A stretch of 64,000 nucleotides of DNA from Eledone cirrhosa. Lineage: Eukaryota. Under the pieces are notes generated by a model, which was not told the DNA's origin, made no database searches, and saw only the letters and a program-made list of their open reading frames with translations. Below, in pieces: positions 1 to 10,881 of this stretch; positions within the stretch are counted from its first letter, which is position 1; each line of letters begins with the position of its first letter. Location of the stretch: NCBI GenBank assembly GCA_964016885.1, contig OZ024745.1, positions 8,494,001-8,558,000 on the forward strand, in the 5' to 3' direction. A program made the translations under genes and the position numbers.

Positions 1-1164
1 ATTGTGTCTGTTGTTTTGAAAAATCACCTTCATGATGATGTCATCGCAGCCCTCTTCCCCAGAACCCTTCTACATCTCTTGTCAGTTCTCCATCGGTTTC
101 TATTTTATTTTTACCTACTTCTTCATAAAAATCGTTCGGTGTTGGAGCCGGACTGTTTGTTTTATTCAAAGAATTGTCGTTTTTAATAATGGCGGCGTAC
201 TCTGTACGATTTAGCAGGAATCTTTTGTTTTAGACGTACTTCGATTTTTGGTACTGTTTTGTTACATTATATTTCTGATGTATTGATATCCCTCACCCTT
301 CATTGGGGTCTTTTTATTTCATCAACGGCTGAGATATCACTCCTTTTATTTTCTCTTTATTATCCATGTTGTTTGTGTCAGTTTTTATATTTCTGCGGCG
401 GTGGGGGGGGGGGGGGGGTCATTTCCTTTGCTAACTGCTGACACTATTGCATATAAAACCTAGTATCATAGCTAGGAAGAGATGAGGGGGTGGATTAAGT
501 CCTTTTGAAGTCCTAATCAGATTATGGTGTTGCTACCCCACATATATTGTAGACTACATCCATAAAAAGGTTACTTGTCTGATTAGCACAAAGGCACAGC
601 CAAACCCGCTCCAGCCTCTTCCCTACATTTCTATTGTTGATATGTCATCTGCTTCTCAGACTTGGCTAAATTCATGTCACCTTTCCTCAGACACACGTTG
701 GCAGCACATTGGCGTCTGTTGTGTAAGCCTGTAATATGCTGTATTGAAATAAAAGGGGTTTTAATGTCGGAATACTACTCGCTGTTGAAGGACCTCGATT
801 AATTAAACTATGATATGTCTCTAAAGGTGACGGGGCTTCCTTGGGTGGCACACACTCTAGTGAAGCTACAGGTTTAACCTGTTGATATGGATATTCGAAG
901 CTGTTTTCATTAAACTTGCGATGACCATATTTGCGGGTTTATTTTTGCTATTTCAACGTTAAACTTTATATTTGGGAAGTACTTCTATTGGTTCATAGGA
1001 AAATCTATTAATTTTTATTCTTTAAGTATATCAAATTATTGTCATATTCGTATTTTCCATATTTAGAATTTTTTATCCTTAAATATTTCTATTTTCTTTT
1101 ATTAATATATTGTCTAGGTTCCAGGGGTCTCTGGAGCTGCTGTCCAAACATGGACTGAAACTCC

Positions 1165-1250
1165 GAGGAGAGAGGAGACCGCATGGCCGACTGCAGGTTC
1201 CACAAAACAACCTTTCTAGGAACTTTCTAGGTGTAAATCCCATGGTCATT
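1165..1250 (+). mobile_element. 3' fragment of the SINE family seen at 9536-9830 (or of its partner LINE)
   Basis: GCATGGCCGACTGC...AAACAAC...GGAACTTTCTAGGTGTAAATCCCATGGTCATT aligns with the reverse complement of 9536-9630. Confidence 0.6.
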
Positions 1251-1713
1251 GGGGACCAAAGGAAGTCATTAAAGGTGTACTGCGGTGATGTAGAATAAAG
1301 TGTTCTGATCAGAAACACAACAAAACTACACCACTGAATAGTTCGATATCACCTCAGATATTTAAACTGTTTAGTTGCAGTTAAACCTCATGGAAATGTA
1401 CGCAATACAAGTGAAAACTATCAATAGTTTCATCAAATTTTGTTTTTCAGAAGAAAAGTCTTTCTGTTTAAAAGTATACCCACCCCAGATTATCACGAAT
1501 CCTTAGTTTAATCACCTCCACTCCAGTACCAAGAACCCACCTCCCAGTTTTCCTTCCATTACCTCCTTGCCCCTACACCCTACTCCCACCTCTCTTTGTT
1601 CCGACTGCTGCCCCTTCAAATATTTAAAAACAACTTGTCAGATATAGGAAACCCTGTCAATTGAGGACTGAGAACTTTCGGTTGGATCAATAATCCGATT
1701 GATTGTTGTGAGA

Positions 1714-1870
1714 TGGTTGTGGTGGTGGTGGGGTGGTGGGGTGTAGTGGTGGTGGTGGTGGGGTGGTGAGGTGTAGTGGTGGTGGTGGTGGTGGTTGTGT
1801 GTAGTGGTGGTGGTGGTGTAGTGGTGGTGGTGGCGGTGCTGGTGATTGTGATGGTGGTGGTGTGTAGTGG
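1714..1870. repeat. Degenerate (GGT)n trinucleotide microsatellite
   Basis: Direct inspection; explains the poly-Val/Thr/Pro/His ORFs. Confidence 0.9.
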
Positions 1871-2246
1871 GACAACAAATCGAGCAAAACAGGTAGAGGG
1901 TGTCACAGCAGTAAATACAAGTAAAGAGGCAGGCTGCGTGGTTACTGTAAATCAAGTGTCAGATTGTAATAGGGACGTAAACAACAGTCCTCTCTTACAT
2001 GTGCCATTGTCCTCTCTTCCCCCTTCTATTCGGTTTGTTTACTTCGTTTTTTCCTCTTTCCCTTTTTTTCTTTCTTCCTCTCTCTTCATTATCATTCCTT
2101 TCCCTCATGGTCTTTTGATGGATAAAAGGCCTCGCGCGCGCTGCCGATCGATGTCCTGTTTTAAGCGCCGAAACATCTATGATCCGCAGTAAGCAGCTGA
2201 TGAAGGGTACTTTTCTTCTCTTGTTTACTAACTGAGAGGTATAGTT

Positions 2247-2545
2247 ATATTCAATACACCATCTACTTTATGAATTGAGTACATTTCCGTTTCAAAAATT
2301 CCTATATATATATATGTCTAATGGTAGCTAAGATGCTTCCATAGGCGGTATCCCGTTTGAGCACTCTATGCTCCTATGGAGAAGAGTAAGATAGAATGGA
2401 AAACGAAAAATCAGTGATGCATCGGAACTCAATTTATTGCGTGTTACAATTGTTTCCCAGGCGAACAGCACGAGGTGCGATCTGTGTGTGGATCGACCTG
2501 ACTCTGGATTCACAGGTTTCTCGGACACGGCTATTGATTTCGGAG

Positions 2546-2586
<41 letters not shown>

Positions 2587-2638
2587 TTTCTGAAACGGAA
2601 ATGTACTCAATACATAAAGTAGATGGTGTATTGAATAT
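2247..2638. repeat. ~55-bp inverted repeats (2247-2301 / 2584-2638) enclosing (TA)n tracts and a ~230-bp insert
   Basis: ATATTCAATACACCATCTACTTTATGAATTGAGTACATTTCCGTTTCAAAAATTC versus its reverse complement at 2584-2638, 2 mismatches. Confidence 0.85.
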
Positions 2639-2869
2639 TAACCCTTAATTTCACGATACAGATTATTCAAACGATTGAAGCTAATCGAAATATGATAAAT
2701 CAATAGTACATAAAGATTTGTTTGATTACCAAAAAACGAGAGAAGACATTTAGAAAGTGCGTCACGCCTTCATCTATTTATTAGTCATTAATTATTTTAT
2801 TTATTTATATTATCTTCTTCCAGGGTATGAAAAGTATGTTATGTAGTTAATTAATTATTTAGCAAAAAT

Positions 2870-3318
2870 AGCTGATAATTTCTCAATAAATTGTGACTGC
2901 AAGAATTCACAAATTCTGGTCTTAGGTTCAAAATTGCAAAAGGCTATAATGGTTTGATATATTCATCAGATAGACAAGGACCAGACATTCTGAAACCACT
3001 AATGCAGGACGACGTGTGTTCTATAATAGACTAATTAATTTAATAGTAGTTAATATTATCTTTTAAGCTCCAATTATAGTGAAGTGGTGATGCGTTCTTG
3101 AGAATGTCTGAATGTATATATATATATGTTACAGATCGATAAACTAATGGTTTAAAACGATACACAACGTTCAGAGGACATGTGGAACTGTTGCACTTAT
3201 ATAAAGAAGACCATGGAAGCAGCGATGTTTTTATTTATACTGGCCTTGGAAGCAGCGATATTTTTGCTGCAACTGTATCTCACTTTAATACTATTTGCTT
3301 GAATATTTTATATCTATA
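2870..3318 (-). pseudogene. Decayed Penelope-like element (Naiad-type), RT-endonuclease linker and GIY-YIG C-terminal remnant
   Basis: Minus-strand fragments YKIF../NSIKVRYSCSKNI, KCNSSTCPLN and EFVNSCSH resemble the PLE motifs KIFNRNTxKVSYSC, CNC..CPL and ELxxKCRH; stops and frameshifts present. Confidence 0.6.
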
Positions 3319-3322
3319 GTCT

Positions 3323-3907
3323 TTTAGCAGTAATATATAATAATTGTTTCTACTTTAGGCACAAGGCCAACAATTACCCAGTACATTACTGGTACTTTAT
3401 TTTACCGACCCCGTAAGGATGAAAGTTAACCTCGGCGGGATTTGAACTCAGACTGTAAAGCAACGCAACTATGCTAGAAAGCATGGCCGATACTGCCAAT
3501 CCACCGCTAGAAAGATATAATAATGATGGGAATATAAACACGGATAAATATGATGAATGTATGTTTATTTGTTGTTGCACAAAGTAATGTTTGTTGAATT
3601 GGATAGTAAAAGTTAACAATATAAAGGTTATAAAAGGAATGTGACATTGTGCCAGGCCCAAGGAAGGCCGACAGGCCAAAGTGCAAATCTCACCGTTACA
3701 TATTGTTTGTGTTTGCGGAATAAAAGAAGAAGTGGTGTTTACCTTAGCTTGGTCAAGCTGCAAGAGAGAGATTTCTGAATTGACGCGGGAATTTTTCCCT
3801 CAGGGCGTGTCGAGATACATTCTCCTACGCTGGCGGCGATTGGCTGAACTGAGCCAAACAACGCACGGAGAATGTATCTATGAGCCCTAGGAACGTAGGT
3901 CACTACA
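3323..3907 (-). repeat. 3' LTR
   Basis: Direct repeat of 5870-6473; begins TGTAGTGACC on the minus strand and ends CTGCTAAA (terminal CA altered to AA in both LTRs). Confidence 0.9.
3345..3508 (-). mobile_element. tRNA-derived SINE inside the 3' LTR (with small internal deletions)
   Basis: Same sequence as 5892-6075 and 10651-10830; B box GAGTTCAAATC on the minus strand. Confidence 0.85.
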
Positions 3908-3908
3908 A

Positions 3909-3921
3909 TACCCCCTTCCTA
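3909..3921 (-). other. Polypurine tract (PPT)
   Basis: Minus strand reads AGGAAGGGGGTAT immediately before TGTAGTG of the 3' LTR. Confidence 0.85.
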
Positions 3922-4154
3922 GTCGCAAGACGATATATAAAATTGAATCAGCAGGAAAAATGCTGAAAGAGCACATCAATGAAAAAATTGAACAAAAGAA
4001 TGCATGCAAGAAGAAAAATGAGGCGCTAAGGGCCGTGTTGAGCCGCTGTGTCAAATGACTAGCTGTTTTGCTATTTATGCGTGACCACCAGGGGTCTAAC
4101 AGAAAACGCATAAAGTCTGACATGGGCAAATTTGCTGTTCTTGCATTAAATGTT

Positions 4155-4360
4155 AGCTGTTATGGTAAGTGTTGTACCAGAGCTGTGGATGAAGCTGTTA
4201 TGGTAGTTTACCAGTAGGTGTTGTCAATGATGGTGCTGTTCATACTTTACCAGAGCTGTATAGCTGTTATGGTAAGTGTTATACCAGAGCTGTTATGGTA
4301 AATGTTATACAAGAGCTGTATAGCTGGAGCTGTTATGGTAAATGTTGTAGCAGAGCTGGC
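4155..4360. repeat. Degenerate short tandem repeat (CAGAGCTGTTATGGTAA core) inside the LTR element
   Basis: About five imperfect copies of AGCTGTTATGGTAA. Confidence 0.7.
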
Positions 4361-5852
4361 AAGAAGATGATGGGTAGGCGAGAAATTGTCGGCCTCCCGG
4401 ATGAATTGCCGGAAGTGCTAGGCAGCCAGGAAAAAATATGACTAGTTGCTTTGAAAAGAAAAAAGCAAGTTGAATCTGTAGGTGGGTAGAAGTTGAAGTG
4501 GTAATTCCATAATTCTGGCGAATCCATAGGAGAAATGGTGGAAATGCTGACTGGTCTAGTTCCATTTGTTGTTTTCTCAGTGAGTCGAGTAAAGTAACAA
4601 GATGGAGATTATTATGCTATAGGACGATGAGTGTGCAACGAGATGCGAAACTGTTTGAATCCAGCTGCAATTAGCATTCTCGTGTTGCGGTGCAGGTGAA
4701 TTAAGCTGCAAGTGTCGACAGCCTGTTTTGGAACCTCCACCAGGTGAAAAGGGATCTCGCAGAATATTACGACGCTTGAAGATCATATACTATAGACAAC
4801 AGCATGTTGGTGTGTGACAAAGAAATGTGTGTGTATATGCAGGCATGTATATAATGATAGGAAAAAAAGGAATTTTCATATAATACAGTTTAAAAGAAAT
4901 AAATGTCCAAACATTTCCTGTAAAAAAAGGAAAGAAATAATTGTTTTTTAAGTGGTTGTTGTCTCTCGCAGCCTTTTAAAGTTGTTCTAAGGGAAACAAC
5001 TCGTTCAGAGTTGGAAGATCCAAAAAGAAGGGCACGCAAAATTTTTTTTTTTTACAGAAATTTCCGCCAAGATGTGTTGGTCAGTGTTGAAAAAAAAAAC
5101 AGTTGAGCGGTTGTTGATCTGAGTGAGCCAAATAAGTTTGTTTTAAGTAGCTGACCGCAGAACGAACGTGCATAAAAATGCCCAGCAAGTGACGCAACAA
5201 GTGACGCAAGGTGTCGCAATTTTTTACTGACATTAATAAAGTAGCTCGTAGCCGAACTATTCTTTGTGATGAATAGCAATGAGTGTGTTGGTAAAAATAC
5301 GCCGCGCGGGAAAATGACGAAACGAAGAAGACTGCTCGAAAATGAAAGAGGAGAGCAGCAGTCGCCATATTGGTTGTTGGTCTTAAACAAAAGCTTGGTT
5401 GAACGAGAAAGACACGAGGTGTAATTTTCAGAAAAAGAAATATCATGTTCAAAAATGAAAGAGTCGAATTTAATGAATGGTTCGTAGTAAGATGTAGCGA
5501 AAGTATAAACAGCCAAGTGAGAAGCATTTGAACGTTGTCACCACGTGAGGTGGGAATAGAAATTTTTGTGTTCGTTTTGCTCCAACGGAGAAGTTGCCAC
5601 TTTAGGTGGAATGGTTCATTGCGTGTTGCAACTAAAGTCACCACGTGAGTTTGGTATTTGCTTGTTTGTTGGTATTGCAGGAAGCCGCATTGGAAGAAAA
5701 ATGATTTCGTGCTATAATTATGAAAATAAAGCTAATTTTTTTTTTTTTTTTTTTTTTTTAAAGGAATATTTTGTACTTAAATATTCCTCCGTCGGGGGTC
5801 ACCATTTTTAGCAGATAGGTTTGTAGAGCAATTTATAAGAGATCATCGAGAC

Positions 5853-5868
5853 TCACGTCGAGTCACCA
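5853..5868 (-). other. Primer binding site, tRNA-Trp-like (second copy at 5790-5804)
   Basis: Minus strand TGGTGACTCGACGTGA directly after the 5' LTR; eukaryotic tRNA-Trp ends ...TCACGTCGGGGTCACCA. Second copy reads TGGTGACCCCCGACG. Confidence 0.8.
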
Positions 5869-5869
5869 T

Positions 5870-6473
5870 TTTAGCAGAAAGATATAATAATTGTTTCTAC
5901 TTTAGGCACAAGGCCAGCAATTACCCAGTGCATTACTGGTACTTTATTTTATCGACCCCGTAAGGATGAAAGGCAAAGTCAACCTCGGCGGGATTTGAAT
6001 TCAGATAATAAAGGAACGTAACTATGCTGGAAAGCATGGCGTCCGACCCTCTACCGATACTGCCAATCCACCGCTAGAAAGATATAATAATGATGGGAAT
6101 ATAAACACGGATAAATATGATGAATGTATGTTTATTTGTTGTTGCACAAAGTAATGTTTGTTGAATTGGATAGTAAAAGTTAACAATATAAAGGTTATAA
6201 AAGGAATGTGACATTGTGCCAGGCCCAAAAAGGCCGACAGGCCAAAGTGCAAATCTCACCGTTACATATTGTTTGTGTTTGCGGAATAAAAGAAGAAGTG
6301 GTGTTTACCTTAGCTTGGTCAAGCTGCAAGAGAGAGATTTCTGAATTGACGCGGGAATTTTTCCCTCAGGGCGTGTCGAGATACATTCTCCTACGCTGGC
6401 GGCGATTGGCTGAACTGAGCCAAACAACGCACGGAGAATGTATCTATGAGCCCTAGGAACGTAGGTCACTACA
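5870..6473 (-). repeat. 5' LTR
   Basis: Direct repeat of 3323-3907, followed on the minus strand by the PBS. Confidence 0.9.
5892..6075 (-). mobile_element. tRNA-derived SINE inside the 5' LTR with a 16-bp TSD
   Basis: A-box-like TGGCAGTATCGG, B-box-like GAATTCAAATC, core GACTTTGCCTTTCATCCTTACGGGGTCGATAAAATAAAGTACCAG; flanked by AGAAAGATATAATAAT at 5876-5891 and 6076-6091. Confidence 0.9.
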
Positions 6474-6477
6474 GTCT

Positions 6478-6940
6478 ACAGAGAAATGTTTATTTATAGA
6501 AACATTCTGGTAGCATTTAATAATAGAGAGGATTATGTCGTTTCCTACTTTTTGCATTATGAATGTTAATTTTTTTTTTTAATTAGTTGTATCCTCATTG
6601 TTATTTGTTGTTTTTTAACTAATTTCTTGTTGCCATTTTAATAATGAGCTACATAACTGCAATTTCTAGTTAAAAGTAGTGTTTACCTAAATCTAGTGAT
6701 ATACCTAATAAAGTAACTAGTCTCACATTCACATCTGCTGTGATCTTTAAATCTAACTCTTTCAATATGTTGCTGAGCTCCTTTCGAACGGCAGCTACTG
6801 TGTGACCATTTGTAATTCACAGAAAATGTTGTCCATCATCGCGATAAACACCGAAATAGGCAGAGTGGAGTTATTTCTCAACTTAGTTTAAGATGAACAA
6901 ATCTATTAGTTCTCAAACTTCAGCCCCATACTACCATCGC
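6478..6940 (-). pseudogene. Decayed Penelope-like (Naiad-type) reverse transcriptase fragment
   Basis: Minus-strand translation GAEV*ELIDLFILN*...FGVYRDDG...LDLKITADVN..LVTLLGISLDL resembles the PLE RT consensus GAEVCELVGL...GLYRDDG...GLxIT...VxFLDVTLDL. Confidence 0.7.
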
Positions 6941-6949
6941 TGTGTCTCT

Positions 6950-7131
6950 GCGTATATATATATATGTGTGTGTGAGTGTATGCGTGTGTGTGTGTACATT
7001 ATATATTTATATGTATTATATATGTATATATGTATACAATATTGATTTCTCTGTATTTATGTATTCAGATATCTAAGCAATCGTGCATCAGTGTTCCGCT
7101 AAATCAATCTATCAACATATCTCTGTATCAC

Positions 7132-7169
<38 letters not shown>

Positions 7170-7171
7170 TC

Positions 7172-7222
<51 letters not shown>

Positions 7223-7919
7223 GTATCTCTACATCCATATAATTCTTCGTACTTCCTAATCTTACGCATGGGAATCTCACTATACATTTACTCCTATATC
7301 AATGCATCCGTTTCATGTCTCTCTTTTGCCCACTTAGTTCCCGCAGCTCGCCATTGTAAGCACTCTTTTCTTTACATAATTCTCACTTGTATCCAAGCAA
7401 AACATTACTCCTCACACAAACCGTTGTCTCTCTTTAGTCATATAAACAACCTATTCAACTTACTATTAAAATCCATCTTCACTCTTCTCTTTCCTATACT
7501 CTGTCCCTTACTCACTCTCTCTCCCTCTTATTTCGCCACTCTCTTTCTCTCTTACCTTCTCCCCCCTTTCTCTTTCTCTCTCTCTCTCTCTCTTTCACTT
7601 TCATTTACCCTCTCTACATCTCTGACTCAGTCTCTCTATATTTTATGCACGCGGATACACACACACACACACACACACTCACACACACTCACACACGCAC
7701 TCACACACACTCACACACACATATATATACATACAGAGAGAGAAAAGTAGGAAGAAGTACATACATATCCACACACATACATACACACATCCATATTCAT
7801 ATACGTGTATAGGTATATATCTACATATATACATATATACCTATACACGTATGTGAATATGGATGTGAGTATGTATGTGTGTGGATATGTATGTACTTCT
7901 TCCTACATTTCTCTCTCTG

Positions 7920-7963
<44 letters not shown>

Positions 7964-8068
7964 AGTGTATACATGTATATATGTAGATATGTATATACGC
8001 ATATACGTATACAGTATATGTATATGCGTATATATGTATATATGTATATATGTATGTATGTATATATG

Positions 8069-8102
<34 letters not shown>

Positions 8103-8832
8103 TATATGTATATATGTATGTATATATGTATATATGTATGTAAGTATGTATATATGTATGTAAGTATGGATTGATGTGTTTGTATACATACTTCAATATT
8201 TGAATAAACCACAAGAGAGGAAACACAATGTGTGTGTATGTGTGTGGCTGTGTGTATGTGTGTGTGTATCTGTGTATGTGTGTGGCTGTGTGTGTGTGTG
8301 TGGCTGTGTGTATGTGTGTATGTGTGCGTGTGGGTGTATCTGTGTATGTGTGTGGCTGTGTGTATATGTATGGGGGTCTGTATGTAGGTATCTCTGTGTG
8401 TGTGTATATCTGTGTGTGTGTGGAGGGGGGGTCTGTGTGTGTGTGGGGGGGGGGGGCTGTAGCTGGGTGTACATATGAGTACAAACTTGTATACAATGTT
8501 CGATTTCCAAACACAGCTATTGAAATCGATCTATGAGAAGAATCAAGATGTGAAAAGTAAAGAGAGAAGTTTATTGTAAGATGTAGTTAGGGTGGGAAGT
8601 TGAGAGAAAAACTGGCTTTCTGGGTGGTTGGTAGAGAAGCTTGGAAACAGATTCTTGGTAGTCATTTACCTCTATCTACCTATCTATCTACCTACCTATC
8701 TATGTGCGTGTTTCTGTGCGTACACACACGCACACACACATATATATATACACACACACACATACAGACGTGCATATCCACCCTCCATCAAACTTTCTCT
8801 ATCTCTCTCTCTATGTGTATATATATATATAT
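6950..8832. repeat. Compound microsatellite region: (CT)n, (CA)n, (TA)n, (ATGT)n, (GT)n
   Basis: Direct inspection; mixed with short unique spacers. Confidence 0.85.
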
Positions 8833-8943
8833 ATAGGAACGAGTAGGACCCCAACGGCTGAGCTCAAGCCGTTTCGACGGCTAATTCAGAATTAGCCGTC
8901 GAAACGGCTTGAGCTCAGCCGTCGGGGTCCTACTCGTTCCTAT
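8833..8943. repeat. Near-perfect palindrome, 55-bp arms, 1-nt centre
   Basis: ATAGGAACGAGTAGGACCCC...CTAATTC-A-GAATTAG...GGGGTCCTACTCGTTCCTAT with one mismatch. Confidence 0.95.
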
Positions 8944-9040
8944 TAACCACTCTACTACCCTAATTATTGAGTACTTTGGTGCGTTATGGTCCACCTGGTT
9001 CCTTACCACATTTCCTTCGTTATATATATATATATATATA

Positions 9041-9237
9041 TAGTAAATTTGGCAATATACCGTATGTTTAATTAAAAACATTTAGAAGACCTTGCGCTAT
9101 TGTTTTAAAGTAGTAACTATATCACTTATTTCTTTTTTCAACAAAGAAGTAAGTGACATAGTCACTACTTTAAAACAATAGCGTAAGGTCTTCAAAATGC
9201 TTTTAATTAAGCATACAGTGTATTGCCAAATATACTA
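9041..9237. mobile_element. ~200-bp imperfect palindrome in (TA)n; MITE-like or foldback element
   Basis: Arms ~9041-9137 and ~9142-9237 are reverse complements with scattered mismatches; TA repeats on both sides. Confidence 0.65.
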
Positions 9238-9483
9238 TATATATATTCATGTATACATAGCTATTTCAGAGCACCAATTCTAATATATATATATATGTAT
9301 ATATATATAACCTCATAGATAATGCAACGATTAGACATTTCCACGAAATACAATCGAAACTGTCGACAGTTCAAACTTACTTTTTAAACTTAGCTCCGTT
9401 TAAATGATTATTTGTCTAATTAATTTCTACGGACTAAGGAGAAAAGTTAGGTAAATTTTATCTGACTGTTCTTCAAACTTATA

Positions 9484-9527
<44 letters not shown>

Positions 9528-9535
9528 GTAAACGA

Positions 9536-9830
9536 ATGAGCATGGGATTTACACCTAGAAAGTTCCCCTCCGAGGCACATGTCCGGGCAATGTTGTTTAA
9601 GGAAGACCAGCAGTCACCCATGCACGCCAGTTTCTCCTCACCATGCCACCAATGTTGTCCAAGCGAAAGACAATGGCCGACACAGCTTAGCACTAGCGAC
9701 ATCACAACTAATTTCTACAGCGTGAAATAAAGTGACACGACGCATCACAGGACACAACGCATCACCCGGTCTGAGAATCGAACTCACAACCTCAGGATTG
9801 TAACCCCGACGCTGTAAGACATACGCCTAC
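9536..9830 (-). mobile_element. tRNA-derived SINE, second family
   Basis: Minus-strand head TGTAGGCGTATG...GAGGTTGTGAGTTCGATTCTC contains a B box; ~300 bp; the 3' part recurs at 1165-1250. Confidence 0.7.
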
Positions 9831-10020
9831 ATTTATATATATGTAGAGAGAGAGATTCATATAGATACATGCATACACAAATACATAGGTAAATATAAAT
9901 ATACACACACTACATACATATATACACACAAGAACATTAACTATTAATAAATGAAGCCATTTATTAATTCTTCATCGCCAAATATTGTTTCCTTTTTTTT
10001 TCCATTCTTGCTTTCATTAT

Positions 10021-10684
10021 TGGCAGTATCGGTAGAGGGTCGGACGCCATGCTGGGGCAGTGGATTGGCAGTATCGGTAGAGGGTCGGACGCCATGCTGT
10101 GGCAGTGGATTGGCAGTATCGGTAGAGGGTCGGACGCCATGCTGGGGCAATGGATTGGCAGTATCGGTAGAGGGTCGGACGCCATGCTAGGGCAGTGGAT
10201 TGGCAGTATCGGTAGAGGGTCGGACGCCATGCTGGGGCAGTGGATTGGCAGTATCGGTAGAGGGTCGGACGCCATGCTGGGGCAGTGGATTGGCAGTATC
10301 GGTAGAGGGTCGGACGCCATGCTGTGGCAGTGGATTGGCAGTATCGGTAGAGGGTCGGACGCCATGCTGTGGCAGTGGATTGGCAGTATCGGTAGAGGGT
10401 CGGACGCCATGCTGGGGAAGTGGATTGGCAGTATCGGTAGAGGGTCGGACGCCATGCTAGGGCAGTGGATTGGCAGTATCGGTAGAGGGTCGGACGCCAT
10501 GCTGGGGCAGTGGATTGGCAGTATCGGTAGAGGGTCGGACGCCATGCTGTGGCAGTGGATTGGCAGTATCGGTAGAGGGTCGGACGCCATGCTGTGGCAG
10601 TGGATTGGCAGTATCGGTAGAGGGTCGGACGTCATGCTGGGGCAGTGGATTGGCAGTATCGGTAGAGGGTCGGACGCCATGCTT
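10021..10684 (+). repeat. 45-bp minisatellite, ~15 copies, derived from the SINE head
   Basis: Unit TGGCAGTATCGGTAGAGGGTCGGACGCCATGCTGGGGCAGTGGAT recurring every 45 bp from 10021 to 10651. Confidence 0.95.
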
Positions 10685-10830
10685 TCCAGCATAGTTACGT
10701 CCCTTTACGATCTGAGTTCAAATCCCGCCGAGGTTGACTTTGCCTTTCATCCTTACGGGGTCGATAAAATAAAGTACCAGTAATGCACTGAGTACTTGCT
10801 GGCCTTGTGCCTAAAGTAGAAACAATTAAT
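10651..10830 (+). mobile_element. tRNA-derived SINE body (same family as the LTR-embedded SINE)
   Basis: The last minisatellite unit runs into B box GAGTTCAAATC, the core, and the tail CCTTGTGCCTAAAGTAGAAACAATT. Confidence 0.9.
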
Positions 10831-10881
10831 ATTTTATTGTTTATTGTCCTCTTTTTTTTTCTTTGTTTATTATTATTGAGG

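Larger units (their letters stand above)
3323..6473 (-). mobile_element. Non-autonomous Gypsy-type LTR retrotransposon (~3.15 kb), no pol
   Basis: Two ~600-bp near-identical direct repeats; 4-bp TSD GTCT (3319-3322 and 6474-6477); minus-strand LTR start TGTAGTG; tRNA-Trp-like PBS; polypurine tract abutting the 3' LTR; degenerate gag-like motif near 4500-4560. Confidence 0.9.

Noticed and set aside
1-1000. Short ORFs at the window start
   Set aside because: No recognisable domain or splice structure; left unassigned.
5052-5811. 150-190-aa ORFs inside the LTR element
   Set aside because: Non-ATG starts and no gag or pol motifs; probably leader sequence.
10021-10684. CRISPR-like array or 244-aa repeat protein
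   Set aside because: Units abut with no unique spacers, there are no cas genes, the context is eukaryotic, and the unit is a SINE head.
10651-10830. tRNA gene
   Set aside because: A and B boxes are present but there is no cloverleaf; followed by a SINE core and tail, and repeated elsewhere in the window.
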